Positions 28,134 through 38,291 are shown, counted from the stretch's first letter. The stretch is 64,000 bases of DNA from Felis catus (GCF_018350175.1 NC_058368.1:122948001-123012000), one strand, 5' to 3'. Translations and numbers: made by a program. Notes: a model not told the origin generated them from the letters alone.

Positions 28134-28335
28134 TTTTATTTTTTTAATTTTTTTTAACATTTATTTATTTTTGAGAGACAGAGACAGAGTATGTGCGGGG
28201 GAGGGGCAGAGAGAGAGGGAGACACAGAATCTGCTGACAGCTCAGAGCCCAATGGGGGGCTCGAACTCAAGAACCATGAGATCATGACCTGAGCTACAGC
28301 TGGACGCTTAACGGACTGAGCCACCCAGGTGCCCC
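28134..28335 (-). mobile_element. CAN-SINE with rearranged middle, 18 bp from the ERV LTR
   Basis: T tail, GA tract, ...cccaggtgcccc. Confidence 0.88.
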
Positions 28336-28353
28336 TCCACATGCTGATGGGTC

Positions 28354-28718
28354 TGTTAAAAGCAAGACAGACCCACACCACCAAACCAAAGAGTAATTTA
28401 ATTACAGTTTCCACTCTCCCAGAAATGGAATCTTAAACCAGTCAATTTGGAATCGCCTGATAAGCACTAGTTAGGTAATCTGTCCAATAGACCCCCTCAT
28501 CCCCTAAAGGAAGGTAACCTTCCAATAACCAACCTGCCTTTTTGTCTAGTAGTGTAACCTCTTCGTTCCTGCTCCCCTCTGGCTGTAAATGTCTTTCATT
28601 CTGTACAGCTCCTTGGAGCTACTTTCGATCTGCTAGATTGGATGTTGCTGGATCCGAATCCATTTTTGTCCACATAAAGTCTTGAAATTGTAATATGCCT
28701 CATGTTTATGTTTTCACA
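28354..28718 (+). mobile_element. ERV1-class (MER4-group-like) 5' LTR, ~365 bp
   Basis: Termini TGTTAAAA...TTTTCACA form an inverted repeat with 1 mismatch. Decayed TATA-like (ctgtaaat) and polyA-like (cataaa) motifs are present, and a TGG-starting PBS-like sequence follows immediately. Confidence 0.75.
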
Positions 28719-28722
28719 GTCC

Positions 28723-28741
28723 TGGTGACGGAAGAAGGAAC
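28723..28741 (+). other. Degenerate primer-binding site TGGTGACGGAAGAAGGAAC
   Basis: Starts 4 nt after the LTR 3' CA with TGG. Loosely resembles the tRNA-Arg-type PBS TGGCGACCACGAAGGGAC; the tRNA assignment is uncertain. Confidence 0.5.
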
Positions 28742-28744
28742 CAG

Positions 28745-30496
28745 GAGCAATCAGACCCAGGTAGGTACCTGCTGCTCCCCTCGAGCTCCAGCAACCAGAC
28801 CCAGGTACCTGCTGAGCCCCTTGAGCTTGAGCAAAAAGACCCAGGTAGGTACCTGCTGAGCCACCTGAGCTTGAGCAACCAGACCCAGGTAGGTACCTGC
28901 TGAGTCCCTTGAGCTTGAGCAACCAGACCCAGGTACCTGCTGAGCCCCTTGAGTTTGAGCAAACAGACCCCAGGTAGGTACCTGCTGAGTCCCTTGAGCT
29001 TGAGCAACCAGACCCAGGTACCTGCTGAACCCCTTGAGCTCGAGCAAACAGACCCCAGGTAGGTGACTGCTAAGCCCCTTGAGCTCAAGCAAACAGACCC
29101 AGGTAGGTACCTGCTGAGCCCCCTGAGCTCGAGCAAACAGACCCAGGTCCCTGCTGAGCCCCTTGAGCTCGAGCAACCAGACCCAGGTACCTGCTGAGCC
29201 CCCTGAGCTCGAGCAACCAGACCCAGGTACCTGCTGAGCCCCCTGAGCTCGAGCAACCAGACCCAGGTACCTGCTGAGTCCCTTGAGCTCGAGCAAACAG
29301 ACCCCAGGTAGGTATCTGCTAGGCCCCTTGAGCTCGAGGAACCAGATCCAGGAACCTGCTGAACCCCTTGAACTCGAGCAAACAGATCCAGGTACCTGCT
29401 GAACCCCTTGAGCTCGAGCAAACAGACCCCAGGTAGGTACCTGCTGAGCCCCTTGAGCTCGAGCAAAGAGACCCAGGTACCTGCTGAGCCCCCTGAGCTC
29501 AAGCAACCGGATCCAGGTACCTGCTGAACCCCTTGAGCTCGAGCAAACAGACCCCAGGTAGGTACCTGCTGAGCCCCCTGAGCTCAAGCAACCGGATCCA
29601 GGTACCTGCTGAACCCCTTGAGCTCGAGCAAACAGACCCCAGGTAGGTATCTACTGAGCCCCTTGAGCTCGAGCAAAGAGACCCAGGTACCTGCTGAGCC
29701 ACCTGAGCTCGAGCAACCAGATCCAGATACCTGCTGAGCCCCCTGAACTAGAGCAAACAGACCCATGTAGGTACCTGCTGAGCCCCCTAAGCTCGAGCAA
29801 CCAGACCCAGATACCTGCTGAGCCCCCTGAGCTCGAGCAAACAGACCCAGGTTCCTGCTGAGCCCCTTGAGCTCGAGCAACCAGACCCAGGTACCTGCTG
29901 AGCCCCCTAAGCTCCAGTAACCAGACCCAGGAAGGTACCTGCTGAGCCCCTTGAGCTCCAGCAACCAGACCCAGGTACCTGCTGAGCCCCCTAAGCTCAA
30001 GCAAACAGACCGTGGTAGGTACCTGCTGAGCCCCTTGAGCTCCAGCAACCAGACCCAGGTACCTGCTGAGCCCCCTAAGCTCGAGTAACCAGACCCAGGA
30101 AGGTACCTGCTGAGCCCCTTGAGCTCCAGCAACCAGACCCAGGTACCTGCTGAGCCCCTTGAGCTTGAGCAAACAGACCCAGGTACCTGCTGAGCCTCCT
30201 GAGCTCAAGCAAACAGACCGTGGTAGGTACCTGCTGAGCCCCGAGCTCGAGCAACCAGACCTAGGTACCTGCTGAGCCCCCTGAGCTCGAGCAACCAGAC
30301 CCAGGTACCTGCTGAGCCCCCTAAGCTCCAGTAACCAGACCCAGGAAGGTACCTGCTGAGCCCCTTGAGCTCCAGCAACCAGACCCAGGTACCTGCTGAG
30401 CCCCCTGAGCTCGAGCAACCAGACCCAGGTAGGTACCTGCTGAGCCCCTTAAACTTGAGCAACCAGACCCAGGTACCTGCTGAGCCCCCTGAGCTC
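28745..30496 (+). repeat. GC-rich minisatellite/VNTR, ~42 units of 40, 44 or 45 bp, inside the ERV leader
   Basis: Consensus GAGCAA(C/A)CAGACCC(C)AGGT(AGGT)ACCTGCTGAGCCCC(C/T)TGAGCTC; units counted by eye. Confidence 0.97.
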
Positions 30497-31470
30497 CAGC
30501 AACAGGATCCTTGAGCTCGCTGCTTCTCGCTGCTTCTCGCTGCCTCGGGAGGTGATGGGGACGCCCCTCTGAGATCCCAGCAGCTTTTACGTGAGAAGCT
30601 CTCAAGCGTTCCTGGAACATTTCTTCTTCCTGACTGGACCCACAAGCCGGCCGGAGTCGGACTGGGTCTGACTTCGAAACCAGGCCGGGTCCCACGGCAG
30701 ACTTAGTCCGACTTCAAAACCGGAAGAAGTTCGGGGCCGGACTGGTTCCAGCTTAGAAACCGGACCGGGTCCGACTGTGAAGGGGGACTGAGTTCGGGTT
30801 TTTCGGCGTCCGCTGTAAAAACCGCCCGGTTGCGGGGCCGGGGCGGGGCGGCGGAGGGTGGGCGGCGAGCCCTTCCGAGCTGCACGAGCAGCTGAAGCTC
30901 CGCAAAGACCGTCTCGCGTTACCGTGGCCTCGCGGGAGCTCTTCTGTCCGGGAGCGGCTCGTGCACGTGCGCGGTGCCCTCCGGACAAAGGCGTCCCAGC
31001 CGAGCCCTCGCCGTGAGGGAAAGGAGATATTGGTCCTCCTCTGACGTATCTGGTGACCAGGACGAGAACGCTGGGGCATCGTGCTCTCTCGGCGGCCGGC
31101 AGGGGCATTCTGGGAAAACTGGCCGAGGCCACCTAAAGGGTAAGCGTTTGTACCAAAGTCGGCTCTCCTATCTCTATCTGCGGTGCCTGGTCGATAGAGG
31201 AAGGTAAAATGTCCTTGCCTCTTCCTTTCCAAATTCAGATTGGCAAGAAAAAAACCAAACAAACACAACAAAAACAAAAACATTTGTAACAATTAGGTCT
31301 TTGAATTGTGACTCATGAATTTGCTCTCGGGTACCATTAGTTGTTGGTCCTTTCCCAGAGACAGCTACTGCCTTCTTGTTTGTCTCATTTTGTGTCCTAC
31401 CAACTTAGGTTGACAATCGTGAGATTGGGGTCCTCCAAAATATGGCTGGGCAGAAATGTAGGTTGTTGCT
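30497..31470 (+). mobile_element. Remainder of ERV internal 5' leader; provirus truncated (no gag/pol/env or 3' LTR seen)
   Basis: Continues from the last repeat unit. Strong donor AGG|GTAAGC at ~31140 and ERV1-leader-like text (ccaaattcagattggcaag..., tatggctgggcagaaatgt). The 3' boundary is approximate. Confidence 0.55.
30510..31200. promoter_or_regulatory. CpG island with GC boxes, ETS-like CCGGAAG, E-box CACGTG, within ERV leader
   Basis: The only CpG-dense stretch in the window. Contains GGGGCGGGGCGG at ~30840, CCGGAAG at 30720-30726 and GCACGTGC at 30963-30970. Promoter function is inferred. Confidence 0.7.
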
Positions 31471-31805
31471 GTTTACCTTTTAACGGGTGAGAGAGAGAGA
31501 GAGCGAGAGAGCAGAACAGAACCATTAAAGGCGAACAATCTGGGTTTATGTATTCCTTCTTAGTGTAACCTCCAAACCTCTTCTCTCCAAACCTGTAAAA
31601 TGGTCCAATTAGACATGACGATTTCTACCATTCAATGATTTAAATTCCGTTTACTGTGGCAAAGTTCTTAAATATTAAGGGTGCCCTTCAAGTGTCCTCT
31701 AGCATCGTAGACAAGATGCAGGAAGCCATCTTACATCCATAGCCTCTGTTAGCACGGTATTTGGTGAGCTGTTAGGCTCAGCTGGCGGAGTCACTCAGCA
31801 GACCA

Positions 31806-31823
31806 CAGCATCCTCTAGTGGTG
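31806..31823 (-). promoter_or_regulatory. CTCF-like motif
   Basis: Minus strand reads CACCACTAGAGGATGCTG versus consensus CCAC(T/C)AG(A/G)GGGCGC; imperfect at the 3' end. Confidence 0.35.
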
Positions 31824-32731
31824 AGATTTAAACTTCAAGACACGCATATTCTGAATAGCACAACAAATTAACCTAAACCTTGAGTTTAGGGACAGATTTT
31901 GTGTTGGGACAGATTTTGATGTACCTGGTGCATCTCAGGCTTTTTTTAGACCTCTGTCCACTTCTCCACTCTCTGCTGGTTCTTCATGAGAGCTCAGGAT
32001 TTCAAGCTGCTTTTCTGTGTCTTTTTCATTGATTATAGATACTTTTTTCTTTTGAGGTACTTCCCTATCTCTACCTTATTTGCTGTCCGTAAGCATATAG
32101 GTCTTTTAATATGAGGATGTTACCCAAAATTCATATGGAAGAAATAGGCAAAGAATAATCCACCTGAGGTGGACAACACGAAGTGTTACATTTGGAATCC
32201 GCCCTGACTTAAAAGCCTAACTCTGCCACCTTATTTGCTTATTTGCCTATTAGTCAGGTTACTTCACTTTTCTAAGTTGACCCACAGGATAAGGATAACC
32301 TTACAGGGTTATTGTGGCTCACCTGTAAATCTGAGTCAACTACACAGAGTCCTGGTACAATAATAGATGCTCTATTAAATCCCAAGGTAACCTAAGGGAA
32401 TTATTTCAGTTGGCAAAAGGTAGTGGATAACATGTTTCTGGACTGAGAGTTTACCAACTGTTTCTTCTCATGCCAGTTAATTCTCTATGGGATTATATGA
32501 TCATTTGTGTCCTGCCTGCAGTCACATTTCCTGAGCCAGTTTTCAGAATGTGAGGTAGGAAATGGGAAAGGAAAAAGCATCATGAGGGAGACTTTGTCCA
32601 AAATTTCAGGATTGCTGTGTTTCGTAAAATTTGTTCCGTTCTGAGTTTGTTTCGGCCCCCTGACTCCAGTGTAATCAAATGTGCCTTTGAGGAAAAAGCA
32701 GTCGGGAACAACATGAAGTATTTAGATGCAT

Positions 32732-32737
32732 TTTATT
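32732..32737 (-). terminator. SPINK1: SPINK1 polyadenylation signal AATAAA
   Basis: tttatt on the plus strand, ~60 nt after the TGA, giving the short 3'UTR expected for SPINK1. Confidence 0.85.
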
Positions 32738-32795
32738 CAACAGTAAGGCCAGCTAGGCGTTGTGGTGACCACATGGGATTTTAGCACCTTGGTTC

Positions 32796-32841
32796 TCAGC
32801 AAGGCCCAGATTTTTTAATGAGGACAGGGTTCTGGCGCTTC
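32796..32841 (-). CDS. SPINK1: SPINK1 coding exon 4 (46 nt incl. stop): KRQNPVLIKKSGPC*
   Basis: ctcttctatag|G AAG CGC CAG AAC CCT GTC CTC ATT AAA AAA TCT GGG CCT TGC TGA. Supplies the sixth Kazal Cys; the four exons total 240 nt = 79 aa plus stop. Confidence 0.97.
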
Positions 32842-33601
32842 CTATAGAAGAGATTGGGAAAAAAAAAAATCAAACTTTGCTGACAAAAAAACTGACAATG
32901 GCAGAAAAACAATGAAAAAAGATCAGCTTTATTTAAAATAGAAAGGTTTCAGATTTATTCCCATTTCTTTGTCTTTCAATCATTTATTCATTTACTTATT
33001 CATAAATTCATCAAATATCGATCAACGCTGTTGCTTACATACACTAAGGATACAACAGAAAGGAAAAATGTCTGTCCTCACAGAGTGTGCAGATCTACTG
33101 TGGCATTACAGGAAACCAGTGAAATCAACCTCTAAGTCATCATTGGTTCTTTTACTCCTAATATCATTGTCCTAGCCACAAGATTTCCATCTTAGCTGCT
33201 GCCTGGCCTACTCCGGGATGCTCTAATTGGCTGATCTTTTGTCTTAGAACTCTGGGGATTAATATCTGGGATCTCACAAAAGGAAATCATATCTGTATCC
33301 TGATAACTACCAGCTCTAAGCATCCTCCCCTCCAGATAAAAACCTCGCTCAACTACCAACTCACTCCCAACTCACTACCTTTCCCAAACCAATTTTCTCT
33401 TCTGTCAGCTCAGTGTTCTTAAATCCTGTAATTGTTCTTCATGAGATTGTTTGCAGAGCTCACTCTCTCTTCTTAGCCATCCTTTCTTTGAATATACTGG
33501 TTTATAAAAATTCTATTTCTCCGTTACTTGGGGACATCTGACTTCCATATATCTTTTTGCATGTATTTATCTGGACCTTGATGATTCTTCCTTTTAAGAC
33601 C

Positions 33602-33800
33602 TTTTTTTTTTAAAGTTTATTTATTTATTTTGTGAGAGAGAGCATGAGCAGGGAAGGGACAGAGAGAAAGGGAGAATCTCAAGCAGGCCCCACACTGCCA
33701 GCACAGAGCCCAACAGGGGCCCCAAACCCACGAACTGCAAATTGATGACCTGAGCCAAAACCAAGAGTCAGATGCTAAACTGAGTCACTCAGGTGCCACC
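33602..33800 (-). mobile_element. CAN-SINE in SPINK1 intron 3
   Basis: tttatttattttg...gagcatgagcaggg...ctcaggtgcc. Confidence 0.85.
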
Positions 33801-33918
33801 TTTTTAAGAGTTTTTAATGTCTTTTTGTTCCATAATTATTATTCACGCATAACACTTATGTCTGAGTTGTTTTAACATACAGAGCGCAAACTTTTAAACA
33901 CATTGACTTATTTCTCTA

Positions 33919-34118
33919 CCTGTGCTGTCCAGTAGAGAAGACACCATCCCTATTCAGCTGTTTAAATTCAAATCAGTTAAAAAATGATGTAATATTAAAA
34001 ATACAGTTTCTTAGATGTACTAACCACATTTTAAGCCCTGGTGGCTAGTGGCTTCCATACTAGACAACACAGATATGGAACATTTCCATCTTGAAGAAAG
34101 TTCTACCAGAGAACGCTG
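33919..34118. mobile_element. hAT-Charlie MITE (MER33/MER3-like)
   Basis: ctgtgctgtccagtag...gtggctagtggct...acagatatggaacatttccatc...gaaagttcta...agaacgctg. Confidence 0.7.
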
Positions 34119-35535
34119 ATCTATAGAACAGAATTTGACAGTACAGGCTCCCTAAGGAGACATAGAAGAGACAGAAAAAAGTCCTGACTGACTATGTCTG
34201 ACAAGCACATTAATGAGCTAGGAGATGCAAGCACAACCCACCAACATGGGTTAGAGCTTGGCTCTAGTTAACTCTACACCATATTCATTTGGGGCTTTCA
34301 ATGGGCAGTAGAGAGACGCAACATGGTACATTTGAAAACATTTTACTTTAGAAGAAACCACATTTTCTCTCTAGACCTGTTTACTTATCTGAGAGATACA
34401 GGAAGAGAAGTTACATTTTTCTGGCATTTAAATATTCTTCCCATATATGAATATTTTTGAAAAAATAGAGCAAGTAAGCAGGATGGGTAGGTTTTAAAAG
34501 CTGAACGAATGATGTGTCTCAGCTCTAAACTCATATTTTCCCAATATTTCACTATAAATATTGGGCCTTTTGGTCTTGGCACTTGGAAAGTTACTAAATC
34601 TCAAGGCTGTTATATTGCTTTCTCCTCCCCTTGGATGGAAATAGGATGTTTGACCTTTATGTCAACAGCCTAGATCATGAGAAAATTAACAAGTGTTTTT
34701 GAGTTCCTTTTACAAATCTTTAGTGTGGAAATAAATTCACCACAAAGCAGAACACCTAATATTTTGGTTCTAAAACTTCAGAATGATAGATCTCTCTCCC
34801 TGGGGCCCTATTTCCACAATGCTTGCTAACACTGAGAATTTTCTGAAGTGATTTAAAGCAGACCAAGAAGAGAGATCATGTTATTGGGAACTTAGACTGT
34901 GGAATAATGGAAATAATATGCAGTCGTTTGAGCTTACATCAAAGCCTTTAATACTAAATCAGTTCTAAGAATAACTTAGAGTTTTCTGGACTACTTGCAC
35001 AATCTCTTTTATTTGTTTTGATTGTTCTACGCCATTATTTAACCTGGAATGCTTTTGCACTGCTACCAAACTTCAGAGCCCTATTTAAATGACATCCTTT
35101 TCATGAACCCTTTCTTGACCCTTTCAATGAGAAGACGTCTGATTCTCTCCTTCACACCTGTAACAGCACTTTCCTCACAACTCATTTGATGCCGCTTTTC
35201 ACAGGTTACAAGAAGCTACCTTGTTTGCCCTGATGAGTTAATTTCTCTTACTCAAAAGCACAAGGAAAGCAGAGGAAACTAGCACATTGCTGGACACATG
35301 TTAGGTGTTCAGTAGCTATGTGAAATAGAAAGTTTGTGGCAGATCTGCTTCTCTGAGTGCCTGAGTTTGATTCCCAACCTGTGATCACTTCAGAAAATGA
35401 GCTTCATTGAGGCCGGCTCTCATCTCCATAAATAAAAGTGCTATGAAAATATATTTTTGGCCACCTAATCTATGTGATTCATATATGCATTTTTGAGGGC
35501 TTTAGTTAACACAATCATTACCATCAGCAAGAATG

Positions 35536-35649
35536 ATTTTTTTAAAGATTTTAATTTTAAGTAATCTCTATACCCATTAAGGGACTCAAACTCACAACCC
35601 CAAGATCAAGAGTCACATGTGCTGTCAACTGAGCTAGCCAGGTGCCCCT
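35536..35649 (-). mobile_element. Short CAN-SINE in SPINK1 intron 3
   Basis: taagtaatctcta...caagatcaagagtcacatg...gccaggtgcccc. Confidence 0.8.
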
Positions 35650-36041
35650 GATTTTTATTTAATTTAAAGGTATTTTGGGTGTATTAGCGTTTTGAAAATC
35701 TAGACCATCCACTGTCTTGCTGGAAAAGCATGTTTTTTTGTCATATACATGATTTTTTAAAAACTGGTTGAGAGAACCATTCAGATACTTTCCTCCTCCA
35801 TTCCACTGTCCTTTCCTTAACACGTTTATCTTATGTGATTAATTCCTTTCTCCCTTTTGTTCAGCTTTTCTCCTTATTGGAATGCCTCACTCTCCTTCTT
35901 TAGGGTCTAGAGAAAGTGTCCAAACTTTTCCAAATCCTAGCAGGCATAATTAGTTGTTTTTAATCATGTTTAAACATGTTGGCTTTTCTTCTGTATCTCA
36001 CAAATTTACTTAGGCTGGTGCCTGACTTTAAAGCATAGTTG

Positions 36042-36247
36042 AGAGGCACCTGGGCGGCTCAGTCGGTTAAGCATTTGAGTCTTGATTTTGGCTCAGGTCA
36101 TGATCCCAGGGTCATGGGATCAAGCCCTGTGTCCGGCTCCATGTTGGGTGTGGAGCCTGCTTAAGATTCTCTGTATGCCCCTCCCCAACTTGTGTGCCCA
36201 TGTGTGCGTGTGCCCTCCCTCTCTTTTTCTCTCTCTCTCAAAAAAAC
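36042..36247 (+). mobile_element. CAN-SINE in SPINK1 intron 3 (antisense to transcript)
   Basis: aggcacctgggcggctcagtcggttaag...ctctctctcaaaaaaa; TSD ~tagttga. Confidence 0.85.
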
Positions 36248-36664
36248 ATGTAGTTGAAAAAGCAAGGATTTGGAACCAGATCTGTCACTTCCTGCTGGTT
36301 GATTTTGAGCAGGTAGTTTAAGCTCAGTCTCAATCTCTTCATGTGTATAATGGGCTTAGTATTATGTACCTCATAGACTCATGAATATTAAGTGCCTTGC
36401 ACAATACTTGACACAATAAATATTGTCTTTTGTTGTAATACACACATAAATGTATGCATGTCTCTGGATAGAATCATACCAGATATAGAATAAGGAGAAG
36501 AAGAGATTGAGAATTATTTTTGGAAAACTACTTGTTTTATTTCTCTTGTGGTAAGATTAATGTTATTGATATATTGGTTGGAACTTAGGGGGATAAAATA
36601 TATCAAAATGTGAAGACAACTAGGTTAAAAATATGTTTTAAAAGACACTCAAGTTCGTACTCAC

Positions 36665-36771
36665 TTATTTTCAACACATAACAAGCATTCATTAGAATAA
36701 GTTTTTCCATCAGTCCCACAGACAGGAGCATAGATCTTGGTACATCCAGGTATTTCACTGTCACATTTAGC
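36665..36771 (-). CDS. SPINK1: SPINK1 coding exon 3 (107 nt): Kazal core [35 protein letters not shown](K)
   Basis: aattccattttcag|GCTAAATGT...GAAAATAA|gtgagt. Kazal signature C-x6-C-x7-C(GTDG)-x10-C-x2-C; reactive site P1 Lys-Ile (trypsin-type). Confidence 0.98.
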
Positions 36772-38259
36772 CTGAAAATGGAATTAAACAGAATTGTTTT
36801 CCGTCATTTTGTAGTCTTCGAGTTTATAACAAAATCTCTAAAACAGCTTTCACTTCCCTGGAGTTGATCAGCTTAAAGACAGAAGCCTGACTCCGGTGGG
36901 GGTAGTGATAATGAGTGTCCGAGAGAAAGAGTTCAGGGTTTGGAATCAGAAAGCCTGATTGTATGGACTGCCTCTGCTATTTACAAGTTGTGAGATACTG
37001 GCAGATCTCTTGGTTCCTCTGAACCTCAGTCACCTCATCTGTGCAGTGAGAAGGGTATTTTCACTTTGCCAACTAGCTCATGATGGTCATGTGAGGTTTA
37101 AATGAGGTGAGTGTGATAATGTTCAGGTTTATATTGACTGCGGGCGCTGGTTCCTCTCAGGTCAGCCACACCATGAGCATGTCTTCCTTGTCCACTCTGG
37201 CCCAGTCACACTGCCCTTCTTTCAGTCATGTGACAGACAACACCAAGTGCTTTGTCCCCTTGGAGTCCTGGCATAGCCTATTTCGTCGACATCAGCAAGA
37301 ACTCAGAATTATGAAATGGCTGCCTTAGGCCATACTTGCTTTCATGTACTATTCTCTTTCAACCTCAAAACTATTCTTTGAACTTTTTATTATACTCATC
37401 TTCCAGGGAAGACAGTGAAGCACATAGAGATTAAATCACCCAAGCCACATAGCTGGTAATTCCTGGATCCAGGATTCAAACCTAGTTGGTCTAGGTCCTG
37501 AGCTTTGGCTCTTAACCCCTTCACTCTACTACTTCTACCCACCAGTAGTATTTTGCTACCACTTATCCTTTATGACTCAAAATTAATTTCACTCAGTTAG
37601 GGGCACATTCTCTGATCTAACCAGTCTAGGTTCCACATGGTACCAGAACTTCTTCACAACCCTTATCATTAGTGTAATTTATTCACTCATGCCCTTTAAG
37701 TTTGTCATCTATCCCCTCACTAGATATAAATGTAATGAAAAGAGGGACACTTCCCCCTCTGGGCTTCAGATTTATTGCAATTTACCTTATAAACACTAGG
37801 AAAAAATAGGAAAGTTAGATATAGAATATTTTTCTAGAGGAAGAACGAAGTTTATTATTTTTCTTTTGTTAGTTATAAATTAGGGCTCCACCTAGGGGAT
37901 TGGGAAAAGTTTATGCCAGCATGGTCAAGCTGGCCCTAAGGAGGAAGGGCTATTTGGGGCGAAGTTAAAAAGAATGCCACCCAACATCCTTTTGCTACCA
38001 GCTAGCCTCAAAATATATAAAACCCCCTCACAGCGAGGGCTGTATGACTACATGGAAACTGCCTGTGTGTCAGTGCATTTGTTCTTCAGCATAAGCCCCT
38101 GTGGGCAAACTGTTGTTACTCTCCATACTTGTTAAGCCTCGCTAGCACCACACACCTGTCCTGATATCAGGTGAAATTGAAATTGAAACACTTGAATGTG
38201 CATTGATTGGGGCAAACAGTTCTAGCCCTAGAGATAAGAAAGTACAAAATTGTCTTTAC

Positions 38260-38291
38260 CTGTCTTTCCAGCAAGTCAGCTCTAGTGTTGC
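38260..38291 (-). CDS. SPINK1: SPINK1 coding exon 2 (32 nt): (G)NTRADLLERQ
   Basis: ctgatttatgttttatag|GCAACACTAGAGCTGACTTGCTGGAAAGACAG|gtaaag. Length and phase match SPINK1 exon 2 (human GNTGADSLGRE). Confidence 0.95.

Noticed and set aside
28745..30496. CRISPR-like appearance (regular palindromic repeats)
   Set aside because: No unique spacers, units are directly head-to-tail, no cas genes, and the context is mammalian.
28596..30695. Long minus-strand ORFs (up to 278 aa) across the tandem array
   Set aside because: They are artefacts of a stop-poor repeat. They overlap in all three frames, cycle through the same peptides as 40/44/45-bp units shift frame, and mostly lack a true ATG.
30602..31292. 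176-aa and 179-aa minus-strand ORFs over the CpG island
   Set aside because: Arg/Pro/Ala-rich translations expected from GC-rich DNA; no recognisable domain, antisense to the ERV, and no gag similarity.
38010..38025. TATATAAA box in SPINK1 intron 2 on the plus strand
   Set aside because: An isolated motif in AT-rich intronic DNA with no other promoter evidence.
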